Part shown: piece after piece, positions 37,880 through 46,876 of the stretch
Position numbering within the stretch: position 1 is the stretch's first letter
How the letters are laid out: each line of letters starts with the position of its first letter
Origin: Azolla caroliniana
Lineage: Eukaryota > Plantae > Polypodiophyta
Length of the DNA stretch: 64,000 bases
Assembly (NCBI GenBank): GCA_043228905.1
Contig: JBHGNT010000022.1
Coordinates: 4,216,001-4,280,000, forward strand
Reading direction: 5' to 3'
Position numbers and translations under genes: made by a program
Notes under the pieces: model-generated
Databases searched by the model: none
What the model saw: the letters and a program-made list of their open reading frames with translations, nothing else
What the model was told of the DNA's origin: nothing

Positions 37880-40800
37880 CTAACCGGACTGGTTTGTCGT
37901 TACGCCCATCTGATGCCGAAGGGACCGAAAGCGGTCTGCCGAAAGACACTTGGTCATTCCATCTGCGACATTGTCGGTTGTGGATATTTTCTCTAGACCG
38001 ATTTTCCCTGAAATGACGCAGTCCCGAACGAAGTGATATCGAACGTCGATATGTTTGGAGGCGTTGTGGTGAACTGGATTTTTCGACAAGGCAACAGCAC
38101 CTTGACTGTCGCTATAGACAACTGGGGCCGAGTCATGGTCGACTTGTCGAAACGTGTGCGCCAGCCGGCCGAGCCACAAAGCTTCTTTTGCAGCGTCGGA
38201 CGCAGCTACATATTCTGCTTCGGTCGTTGAGGTCGCTGTGCACTCCTGAAGTTTCGACTTCCACGAAATTGCTCCATTGCCGAATTTGAAGCAGTATCCA
38301 GTTGTTGATTTCCGACTGTCTATACAGCCGGCGAAGTCCGAGTCGGTGTAACCGACTACGCCTGTAGTTGAGTTCGGACCGAAAAGAATGCCGTGGTCTT
38401 TTGTGCCAGCCAGATATTTGAACACATGCTTGACTGCGTTCCAATGCGATCGGCCCGGATTGTGCATAAATCTGCTAACGACTCCTACGGCATGAGAAAT
38501 ATCAGGCCGTGTCGCGACCATCAGGTACATAAGGGAGCCGACTGCCGGTGCATACGGTACCGACTTCATATCTTCCCCCTCCGGACCGGATGTCGGGCAG
38601 TCTCGCTGAGAGAGCCGAAGATTCATGGGGAGCGGGGTTGAAGCAGATTTGGCTGATTGCATGTTGAAGCGTTCCAAGACACGTCCGATATAGTCGGTCT
38701 GAGACAAAAAAAGATGTCGTTGATCGCGATGCCGACTAATCTTCATGCCAAGTATGTGTCGTGCCGGACCGAGGTCCTTCATGGCAAACTTCAACCGCAG
38801 TTGCCGAATGAGATCGGCAAGTTCGCCCGCGTGGCGTCCAGAAATTAGCATGTCGTCCACGTAAATGATGAGGAAGATGGGTGATCCATCTTGAGCTGTG
38901 TTGGTAAAAAAACAATGGTCCTCATCGCTTTTTGAGAAGCCGATCGATTGGATGAAGTCGTCGAACTTCTTGTACCATTGTCGCGGTGCCTGTTTGAGGC
39001 CGTATAGACTCTTCCTGAGTCGGCAGACTAGATGTTCTTGGCCAGTTGCCACGAAGCCTTTTGGCTGCTCCATATAAATTTCCTCTTCAAGATCACCATG
39101 GAGGAATGCTGTTTTGACATCTAGCTGAATCAGCTCCAAGTTGTCGGCTGCCACTACGCCGAGTAGAAAACGAAGGGTTGTCATTTTCACCACTGGTGAA
39201 AAAATCTCGTCGAAGTCGACGCCATATTCTTGTCGGAAGCCCTTCGCAACTAATCTGGCCTTGTACTTTGGGGTGGTCGAATCAGACGTCTCTTTTAGTC
39301 GATAAACCCACTTGCAAGGAAGAGCACGTCGGTTCCTAGGTAATTCGACCAGATCCCAAGTCTTGTTTGCCCGAATGGAGTGCATTTCCGACTCCATCGC
39401 CAGATGCCAGGTGGCGGAATCGACAGATGTCGATGCTTCTTCGTAAGACGTCGGTTCGCCGGCGTCGGTGAAGAAAATTCCAGGAGAATACCTCTCCGGA
39501 GGTTGCGACAGTCTCTCGGATCGTCGAGGTATGATTGAACTGGTCGCATCGGGTATCGAGGTCGGATGGTCCGAAAGCTGCTGTGCCGAGTCAGAGTTGT
39601 CCGAATCGGTAGTGTAAGGTTCAGCTACCTGTGAAGCTGACCGTGTGTTAAGAGCGGGGCCTTCTTGAAGGGTCGGCACATCGGAAAATGTTACCCTTCG
39701 GACTTCGATCGGTGTTTTGACTGATGGATTCATAGCCGACTCGTTGAACACAACGTCCGAACTTCGGACGATTTGTCTGCGTTCGGGGTCCCAGAGTCGG
39801 TATCCCATTTCGCCGTCGGATCCATATCCAAGGAAAATGCATTTCCTGGACCGAGGTGCAAGTTTTCGGCGATCATCTTTCGGAATAAGGGCGTACGCCT
39901 CGCATCCGAAGATCCTCAGCTTGTCGTAATTCGGCTTACTGCCGATCCATAGTTCCTGAGGAATTTGAAGTCCTAGAGGTCTGCTTGGCGACATATTGAT
40001 TATGTGTACTGCCGTGAGTAGAGCCTCTGCCCAGAAGCCATCTGACAGTCCGGAGTGTTGGAGCATGGAAACTATCCGTTCTTGGATTGTCCGATTCATG
40101 CGTTCGGCAATCCCGTTTTGCTCCGGACTGTGTGGTGCCGTAAATTCACGTCGGATGCCGCGTTGTCGGCAGAATTTGACGAATTCTTCTGATTTGAACT
40201 CTCCCCCATTGTCGGTCCGAAAGCATTTCAGTTTTCGGTCGGTTTGATTTTCTACCATAGCGAGCCAATCGGAGAAGATCGAGAAGACACGATCTTTGGT
40301 GCGAATTGGATAAGCCCACACCTTTCGAGTCGAATCGTCAATAAAACTGACGAAGTAAGAGGCACCGCCGAGAGACTGATGCGGCATTGGGCCACAGACG
40401 TCCGAGTGGACCAAATCGAGAGGTCTCGTTTCTCTTGGTGCTGAAGTCGGGTGTGATGCGGCTGCTTGTTTGCCATACTGGCAATGCTCGCAGAATTGAT
40501 GGTCGGAGAAGGAGAGTTTAGGGATGTATCCGGCTCTAGATAGATGCGCAATGCTGGCCTTGCTGAGGTGTCCTAATCTTCTGTGCCATAGTGATGACAC
40601 AGGAATATCCACCAAAAACAGGTTACCCTCTCTGAGCGTAACATGTAACGGATACAGTGAGTGTATCTTGGGTCCTCTAGCAAGCAGGAGGTTCCCCCTG
40701 TGGAGTGTCCACCCTCCCGAAGAAAAACCGGCACGAATGCCGTCTTCATCTAGTTCTCCGACTGAGATCAATGGCCTTGAGAGCTCGGGTACATGTCGGA

Positions 40801-41905
40801 CATTGTGAAGTACAAGTGTAGAGCCACCTGCAAGGTTGAGCTCTACTGTGCCGATTCCAATGATGTCACAGTGTTGCGAGTTACCGACTCGAACTGAGTC
40901 GGAGTGACGGATCGTATATTGCCGAAATTGGGATCGATGAGGAGTCACGTGAAATGACGCGCCCGAATCTAAGAGCCATGTGCTCGATTCTTCAGTCGTG
41001 AGCAGAACTTCTGATCCGACTGGATTTTCGATTGATAGTATATTCGGGTCGTTTGGTAGCACATCAGCTGAGAAGCTGACGTAATTGATCTCCTCATGCC
41101 GGCCACTCTTCTTGTCTGATCTCTGAGACTTGTCGTTCTTGTTCTTGAGTGCGTGGCAGTTGGCTTTGATGTGTCCGGGTTTCTTGCAATAGTTGCAGAT
41201 TCGATTATCCCGTGACTGGCTCCGTCTTCGCTGATTGTTCGGCGGCCGTGAGGAATCTCTTCCTCGTATGTTCGATCGGTCTGTCGAACCTTGTACTACG
41301 TAAGCGTCGTCTGTTGTGTCTTTGGCGAAAGACTTTCTCCGAGCTGCTTCGGTCAGGATTGCGCTCGTGACTTCGGAGTATTTAACAGCCGTGGTTGACG
41401 CGTTGCACACGGTTGTGACGAAAGTTTCCCATGATGAGGGAAGGCTGCTCATGAGTATCATTGCTCTGAGTTCATCCTCGATTGCCGTCCCCTGTGACGA
41501 GATTTGGGAGCTTATGCTTTCGTACTCATTGAGATGTGCTTGAACCGAATCGGATTCTTTCATCCGCAAGTTGTAGAGGCGCCGGATCAGAAACATCTTC
41601 GTTGCAGCGACCTTCTTTTCGTAGGTGTCCGACAGTGTTTTCCACAGTTCGAATGCTGTCGTACACGATTGCACCGTAAAGTATACCGATTCCGATAGGT
41701 GCATCCGAATCGTGGTGCGGACGATTCTGTCCAGCTTCTGCCACTCAATTGGTTTGTATCCTTCTGGAGGTTCTCCATTTTCGATGGGATCGATTTGCCC
41801 CTTGACTATGAGATAGTCCTGCATTTGCTCCTTCCAGAAGTTGAAGTTCGATCCATCGAACTTTCGTAGACTCATTTCTGACGAGCCTGATGTTGATGCC
41901 ATCAA
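37880..41905 (-). CDS. gag-pol: Intact Copia Gag-Pol polyprotein (1341 aa)
   Basis: CNYCKKPGHIKANC, WLLDSGAS, integrase (WHRRLGH, HSDVCGP, TDNGGEF, NGIAER), RT (DVKTAFLHG, YVDDML), RNase H (TDSDFAG); no stops. Confidence 0.97.
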   Translation of the reverse strand: MMASTSGSSEMSLRKFDGSNFNFWKEQMQDYLIVKGQIDPIENGEPPEGYKPIEWQKLDRIVRTTIRMHLSESVYFTVQSCTTAFELWKTLSDTYEKKVAATKMFLIRRLYNLRMKESDSVQAHLNEYESISSQISSQGTAIEDELRAMILMSSLPSSWETFVTTVCNASTTAVKYSEVTSAILTEAARRKSFAKDTTDDAYVVQGSTDRSNIRGRDSSRPPNNQRRRSQSRDNRICNYCKKPGHIKANCHALKNKNDKSQRSDKKSGRHEEINYVSFSADVLPNDPNILSIENPVGSEVLLTTEESSTWLLDSGASFHVTPHRSQFRQYTIRHSDSVRVGNSQHCDIIGIGTVELNLAGGSTLVLHNVRHVPELSRPLISVGELDEDGIRAGFSSGGWTLHRGNLLLARGPKIHSLYPLHVTLREGNLFLVDIPVSSLWHRRLGHLSKASIAHLSRAGYIPKLSFSDHQFCEHCQYGKQAAASHPTSAPRETRPLDLVHSDVCGPMPHQSLGGASYFVSFIDDSTRKVWAYPIRTKDRVFSIFSDWLAMVENQTDRKLKCFRTDNGGEFKSEEFVKFCRQRGIRREFTAPHSPEQNGIAERMNRTIQERIVSMLQHSGLSDGFWAEALLTAVHIINMSPSRPLGLQIPQELWIGSKPNYDKLRIFGCEAYALIPKDDRRKLAPRSRKCIFLGYGSDGEMGYRLWDPERRQIVRSSDVVFNESAMNPSVKTPIEVRRVTFSDVPTLQEGPALNTRSASQVAEPYTTDSDNSDSAQQLSDHPTSIPDATSSIIPRRSERLSQPPERYSPGIFFTDAGEPTSYEEASTSVDSATWHLAMESEMHSIRANKTWDLVELPRNRRALPCKWVYRLKETSDSTTPKYKARLVAKGFRQEYGVDFDEIFSPVVKMTTLRFLLGVVAADNLELIQLDVKTAFLHGDLEEEIYMEQPKGFVATGQEHLVCRLRKSLYGLKQAPRQWYKKFDDFIQSIGFSKSDEDHCFFTNTAQDGSPIFLIIYVDDMLISGRHAGELADLIRQLRLKFAMKDLGPARHILGMKISRHRDQRHLFLSQTDYIGRVLERFNMQSAKSASTPLPMNLRLSQRDCPTSGPEGEDMKSVPYAPAVGSLMYLMVATRPDISHAVGVVSRFMHNPGRSHWNAVKHVFKYLAGTKDHGILFGPNSTTGVVGYTDSDFAGCIDSRKSTTGYCFKFGNGAISWKSKLQECTATSTTEAEYVAASDAAKEALWLGRLAHTFRQVDHDSAPVVYSDSQGAVALSKNPVHHNASKHIDVRYHFVRDCVISGKIGLEKISTTDNVADGMTKCLSADRFRSLRHQMGVTTNQSG

Positions 41906-42601
41906 ATTTGGTTTCGGTTGACGAAGCTCGGTTCGGAGTTGACTACGAACCTTGTTGGAGTGCAGCCGGTTGGCTCACCCGGTATCGTTCTAGTCGGATT
42001 TGAACCCGAGTCGGTTCGGCTTCGGATATATGTATTGTTGAACTTGCTCGAATTGACTCCGGTAACTTGAGGGACAGAACCGACTGGTCTTCCCGAATGT
42101 TGCCGACTCGGAGTGAGCCCGGTTCGCTTCCGAATATATATGCCAAATACAGATTATTGAATCCGATTGTCTGGACCGATTCTGCTTCGGGTGACTGCAT
42201 CGACGAGAGAGACGGATCCAACTGATCCTCTCGAATGTCGATCAGCCGGATGAAGCACGAATTGGGGTTGTTGTCTTGAGACCGATCTGCACCGAGTGGT
42301 TACAATGAGCGGCGAGCAGCGTTTGATGACCTCTTCGGATGCCGTTTAACCGAGTGGAGCACGATCGTGTCAATGTTGCACAAGGGGATTTCACCTCGAG
42401 CGGTTACGATCACAAGAAACAGAGTACAACCGGCTTGCTTACTCCAAGCGAAGATGATCTAACGCGATGAGATGCAAGCCTCGTTTTTTTCTTCTTCTTC
42501 TCTCTTCTTCGAATGACGCAGGGAACCGAATGCTGTGTAGGCTGAGACGACGTCCGACAGCGGATTGAAGGACCGAATACTGTGCAGGCTCTGATACCAG
42601 A

Positions 42602-42689
42602 TGTTGGAGACAAGGTTGTCTATGCGGAAGATCAAGAAGCATTCGATTCTGTTCTGTACCTGCGTATGACAGTTTCTAGGTCGTTGCAC

Positions 42690-42720
<31 letters not shown>

Positions 42721-42906
42721 CACAAACCGACTCTTTCTATTCCATAAAGCAATAATACAACCCAACCTTACAAAAAGGTTACAAGGTCACTATATATAGT
42801 GACAAACTTAGGGCATCTACCATTTATGCTAATTACACAAATGGCCCAAACTTGATCTGTACAAAGGGATAGTGTGAATACGTCCATTATACACTTGTAT
42901 TCAACA
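42602..42906 (-). repeat. Element D 5' LTR
   Basis: TGTTG...CAACA, adjacent to the Met PBS. Confidence 0.97.
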
Positions 42907-44688
42907 GAGGAACCGGAACCGGTGTGTATAGAACCGGCCTTGTCGACTTCTATACAAGAAGTCATTCCAACAGCTCCGGAGACGGCGAGAACCGGAACTC
43001 AACAGCCGGCGAGCCCAGCCAGCACACACAACGGCCAAGGAGTAGAACCAGAACGGCAGATACAGGCACTCAGGCCAAACAATTCCACAGTGAATGAGCC
43101 GACCCGACCAGTACAGCAGCAAGGCACCAGTAGCATGTGGCTACGGTGGGAAGGCGAGCAGATCGCAGGAGCGGTCGAGTACATAGAGGCGGAGGAGAGA
43201 GCGCACCACGAACGGTTGCTCGTCACAACCGTAGATCTAGAGACGGCCCGGTCCAGAATCCGGAGCCTTGAACAAGACTTGGACAGGGTCATAAGGGAAA
43301 TGGCTCAATTGGCTTTGACAACACAAGTCCAAGCACCGGTGACTCAGGGCAATGTACAGAATAAAGCGTCAGATCAACCTGTACATAGCAATCAGACCCC
43401 GGCAACGGAAACCGTTCCGGAGAGAAATGCGGCACAAGCCCAAGAGCTTGCGGACTTAAAGGATGAGCTAGCTGCCCAAGAAGCGTTGAGGAGCCGCGAA
43501 AGATAGTTGAAGACGGCAGCGGAGGCAGAACTCAAAAAGACTGCTGAGAATCTACGCCGGGCCGAGGAGAGCTTACGAAAAGGCCACCAAGCGTACGACC
43601 GGCTCAAGGAAGAAAAGGAGAAAATGCTGCAAGAGAAGGACAGGCCCCGGAGAAACGCCGAAACAGAAGTAGAGCGCCTGAAAGAGGAACTCCGGCAGCT
43701 AAAGGACCGGGAGGACCGGAACCATCGCCAGATCAACGGCAAGCTCAAACAAAAAACGGAGGAATTTGAGCACTTGCACCGGGAGTATAAACGGTTGCAA
43801 ACGGAGCACAAGGAACGGACGGATGAGCTCCGGCAAGCAGTTGATCGGACCGCAACGGCATGCGCTAATGAACAAGCGAAAACCAGAAGACGGTTGGAAG
43901 AGGCGGAGAAGGTTCGGACAGAGCTCCTCAGGCAACAGCAGGCGGAAAGAGAAAGAGCGGCGGAGGTACTGCAGAGGCTGCAGACAACATATCAAGGGCA
44001 GCTGACGCGCTACAGAGAGCAGGCGGAGGATACGGCTAATCTCATCAAGCAGTTGAAGGAGGAACGACAAGTTGTGGAAAGTAGAGCGCAAATGGGAGCA
44101 AGTCGCATCCAGGATATCATGCGGGCCTGGTTGAACCAGACTAAGAGCTTGATCGACAACGGTTCCGTCAAATGGTGGACCAAGTGGGCCCCGAACGCGG
44201 CGGAACTCCAATTGCTCCGGGCCGACGTAGAGAACCGGCGGAAGGAGGGAGATGATTGCTATATGCTGACTTCCGAAGACTTCACCGGCATAAGAGATGA
44301 GCTGGCCGAAGACTTTCAAGCCTTGGCAGAGGACCAACTAGGGCAAGTCCGGCAACTTGTAGCTCAGCTGGACGACGACAGGCTGGAGGCGCAGATCCAG
44401 TTTGAAAGCTACGAGAGGTCCCGGATCCGGGAAGAGAAAGCACGAGAACCGGTTACGGTCAACCTCAGTGATGAGGAACCGTTACTGGAAGGAGACCGGA
44501 CCGGAAGCAGTCAAACGGGGATGCCGGAGTTAGAGAAACAAACGGAGCAGCCGGAGCAGTCTCAGTCCCAACCGCAACCACAGCAGCAGCAGCAAGCACA
44601 GCCGCAACAACCACAACCGGAAGAACAATTGGAAACTCTGGAACAAAGTATTTTGGACAATTTGGGTGAACAATGAAGGGGCCGAGAA

Positions 44689-44726
44689 GGGTTCGACGTA
44701 CAAGGTACTGTCCCACGGGCGTGCCA
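44689..44726 (-). promoter_or_regulatory. Inverted second PBS (tRNA-Arg(UCU)-like) at the PPT position of element C
   Basis: + strand GGGTTCGA-CGTACAAGGTACT-GTCCCACGGGCGTGCCA-TG-[LTR]; minus strand reads TGGCACGCCCGTGGGAC. Confidence 0.75.
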
Positions 44727-44728
44727 TG

Positions 44729-45147
44729 TGTTATCGACCGGCAAGGAGTCCAAAATACGGAGTGAAGGAATTAATTAAGTATGGTTGTAAATAAGCATAG
44801 TATGGACGAATGGACTGGAAACGGTATGCCGTTCCAGATCCGGACGGATCCCGAATAGGTGCGATAGGCACCGTTTTGTACTACGGACCGGAAACCTATT
44901 TAAAGGCCCGGAGCCCATTGTAATCGCAGCGGATAATTAATAGAGCGTATGGTGTTTATACTTCTGTGTTGATTTCCGTTCTGTACTTACTGTTATATCT
45001 TACGCGTGTAATTAACAAAAGCGCTCTAATCGTGTAACCTACGTAAGTCGGTGTAATCGTTGAGTCATAATCCTATGCCGTAATCACCCTTTGGTGAAGT
45101 GTCTCCGCGACACCTTGTGTTAGGCCTTGTCCGGTCAGAGAATAACA
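44729..45147 (+). repeat. Element C 3' LTR
   Basis: Matches 29811-30229; followed by the TSD. Confidence 0.97.
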
Positions 45148-45152
45148 ATAAC

Positions 45153-46147
45153 CGAACGAGGAGTTGAAATTGATCCTTCTCGCATCGAGAAAATCAAGCT
45201 TTGGCCCACTCTTCGGAATATTCGAGAAGTTCGATCATTCCTTGGTTTTGTCGGTTTTTGCGAAAATCTCTTCGTAATTACTTCCAATTGACGACGCAGT
45301 TTACTGATCTTCTAAAAGGTCAAACGCGTAAGTCTACAAAACCTATTGTGTGGAATGCTACACTAGACCTCGCCTTTAAGGAACTCAAGGACTTGGTATG
45401 CAAGGCTCCTTCACGTCTTTTACCCGATCCTTCAAAACCTTTTGAGGTTGAAACCGATGCAAGCGATTATGCTATAGGTGTTGTCTTATATCAAGATGGT
45501 AAACCAATAGCATTCGAGAGTAAGAAACTTGATTCTGCTCAATGTCGGTATACTGTTAAAGAAAAGGAATTATTTGCAGTTGTACATACACTCAAAACAT
45601 GGCGCCATTATCTTTATGGAAATCACTTTGTGGTAACTACGGACCACAAGTCCTTGAAATATTTTTGTGACCAACAAGACCTGAAAGGTTGTAAGGCACG
45701 ATGGGCTGATCTCATCCAAGACTTTGATTTTTTCATAGGATATCGTAAAGGTTCCATGAACACTGTTGCTGATGCACTAAGTCGCATCCGTGAAGTTAAC
45801 ACGCTTAGCTTCATTGAAATATTATCAGATCTTTATGATCACCTTTGAGGAAAGTATCCTAATGACAGTTATTTTGCAAAATATTGGGCAAGAGTTGAGT
45901 TTGGAACAGACACCACCACATCCTCGAAGGAATACTTCCACATTGCTAACGGTCTGCTCTACCGTAATGGGAAGGTTTGTGTTCCAAATTAACCCGAGGT
46001 CAAAAAGAGGATTCTTTTTGAATGCCATGATGCACCCTCAGCAGGGCACCCTGGAATACATCGTACACTCGTTCTTATCTCCAGTCAAATTTATTGGCCT
46101 AAGATGCGTCATGACATACATAGCTATGTGACTAAATGTCACCAATG
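45153..46147 (+). pseudogene. pol: Element A pol: RT end, RNase H, integrase zinc finger
   Basis: ERGVEIDP; FEVETDASDYAIG; WRHYLYG; CHDAPSAGHPG...YVTKCHQC, broken by E. Confidence 0.93.
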
Positions 46148-46866
46148 TGACGGGAACTCAACGCTCCTTATCCACGACGCTCGGCCACAACCGAGATTCT
46201 TTTCATACACAGAAAACAGGAAACGAAAAACACGCGATGCAAAGGAGAGAAAAGGTACACATGATGTTTACATGGAAAACCCAAACTGAGGGAAAAACCA
46301 CGACAGCCCAAAGGCTGCAAACTATCACTATATTGGAATGTACAAACAGTGAGTTCACGGAGGCAACGACCTCATGCTCACGATCTTCGCCACAGGCGGT
46401 GGTTACAACAGAGGCAACGACCTCGTTCTCTCTCTCTCTCTCTCTGTACAGTTACGCACACTAATCTCGTGCAAAACAGAAAATGACAACGAAACAAAAA
46501 GTTTGCCCTAAGTCATATTTATACTAATATGACTTTTTGGCTATTTACAAATATAGCCTCGATGAACTCTCAGAAAACATATTTACGAATATGTCTCTTC
46601 ATCTGGTTCATACCGGGTCTGCACCATCCGGCTCTATGTAGCCGGGTACTCCTCATCCGGTCTTCACCGGGTCTGTATCATCCGCCTCTCCGTAGCCGGG
46701 TACTCTTCCGGTCTTCACCGGGTCTGTATCATCCGGCTCTCCGTAGCCAGGTACTCCTCATCCTGTCTTCACCGGGTCATCCGGCTCTCTGTAGCCGGGT
46801 TCTCCTCATCCGGTTTATTGGCACTGTTCTTCTCCCTTCCCATCCGGAGGGACCTGTCTCCCAACA
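46148..46866 (-). repeat. Element E 3' LTR with CCGG-rich ~52-bp tandem repeats (46598-46815)
   Basis: Unit ~TCATCCGGTCTTCACCGGGTCTGTATCATCCGGCTCTCCGTAGCCGGGTACTCC. Confidence 0.95.
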
Positions 46867-46876
46867 AACTCCCCCT

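Larger units (their letters stand above)
37376..42906 (-). mobile_element. Element D: structurally intact Ty1/Copia retrotransposon
   Basis: LTRs 37376-37686 and 42602-42906; TSD GAGGA; PBS TGGTATCAGAGC (42588-42599); PPT CGGGGGAG next to 37686. Confidence 0.98.
36486..44676 (+). pseudogene. Element C 3' accessory ORF (36486-37375 + 42912-44676; 884 codons after removing D; one internal TAG at 43504)
   Basis: Excising D and one TSD restores the frame (TTREE|PEPV; B has APREEPEPV); the frame is also open upstream to 36186. Confidence 0.9.
29811..45147 (+). mobile_element. Element C: B-family Ty3/Gypsy inserted in the RT of A; contains nested Copia D
   Basis: 419-bp LTR pair with ~5 transitions; TSD ATAAC (29806-29810 / 45148-45152). 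Confidence 0.97.

Noticed and set aside
44675-44691. GAAGGGGCCGAGAAGGG as the missing PPT
   Set aside because: It lies ~38 nt from the LTR and is not conserved in B (CAAGGGTCGGATGGTGG); a PPT must abut the LTR
44640-44728. A complete tRNA gene before the 3' LTR
   Set aside because: Only the T-arm and acceptor 3' half are mimicked; no D-arm or anticodon arm, so it is treated as a primer site
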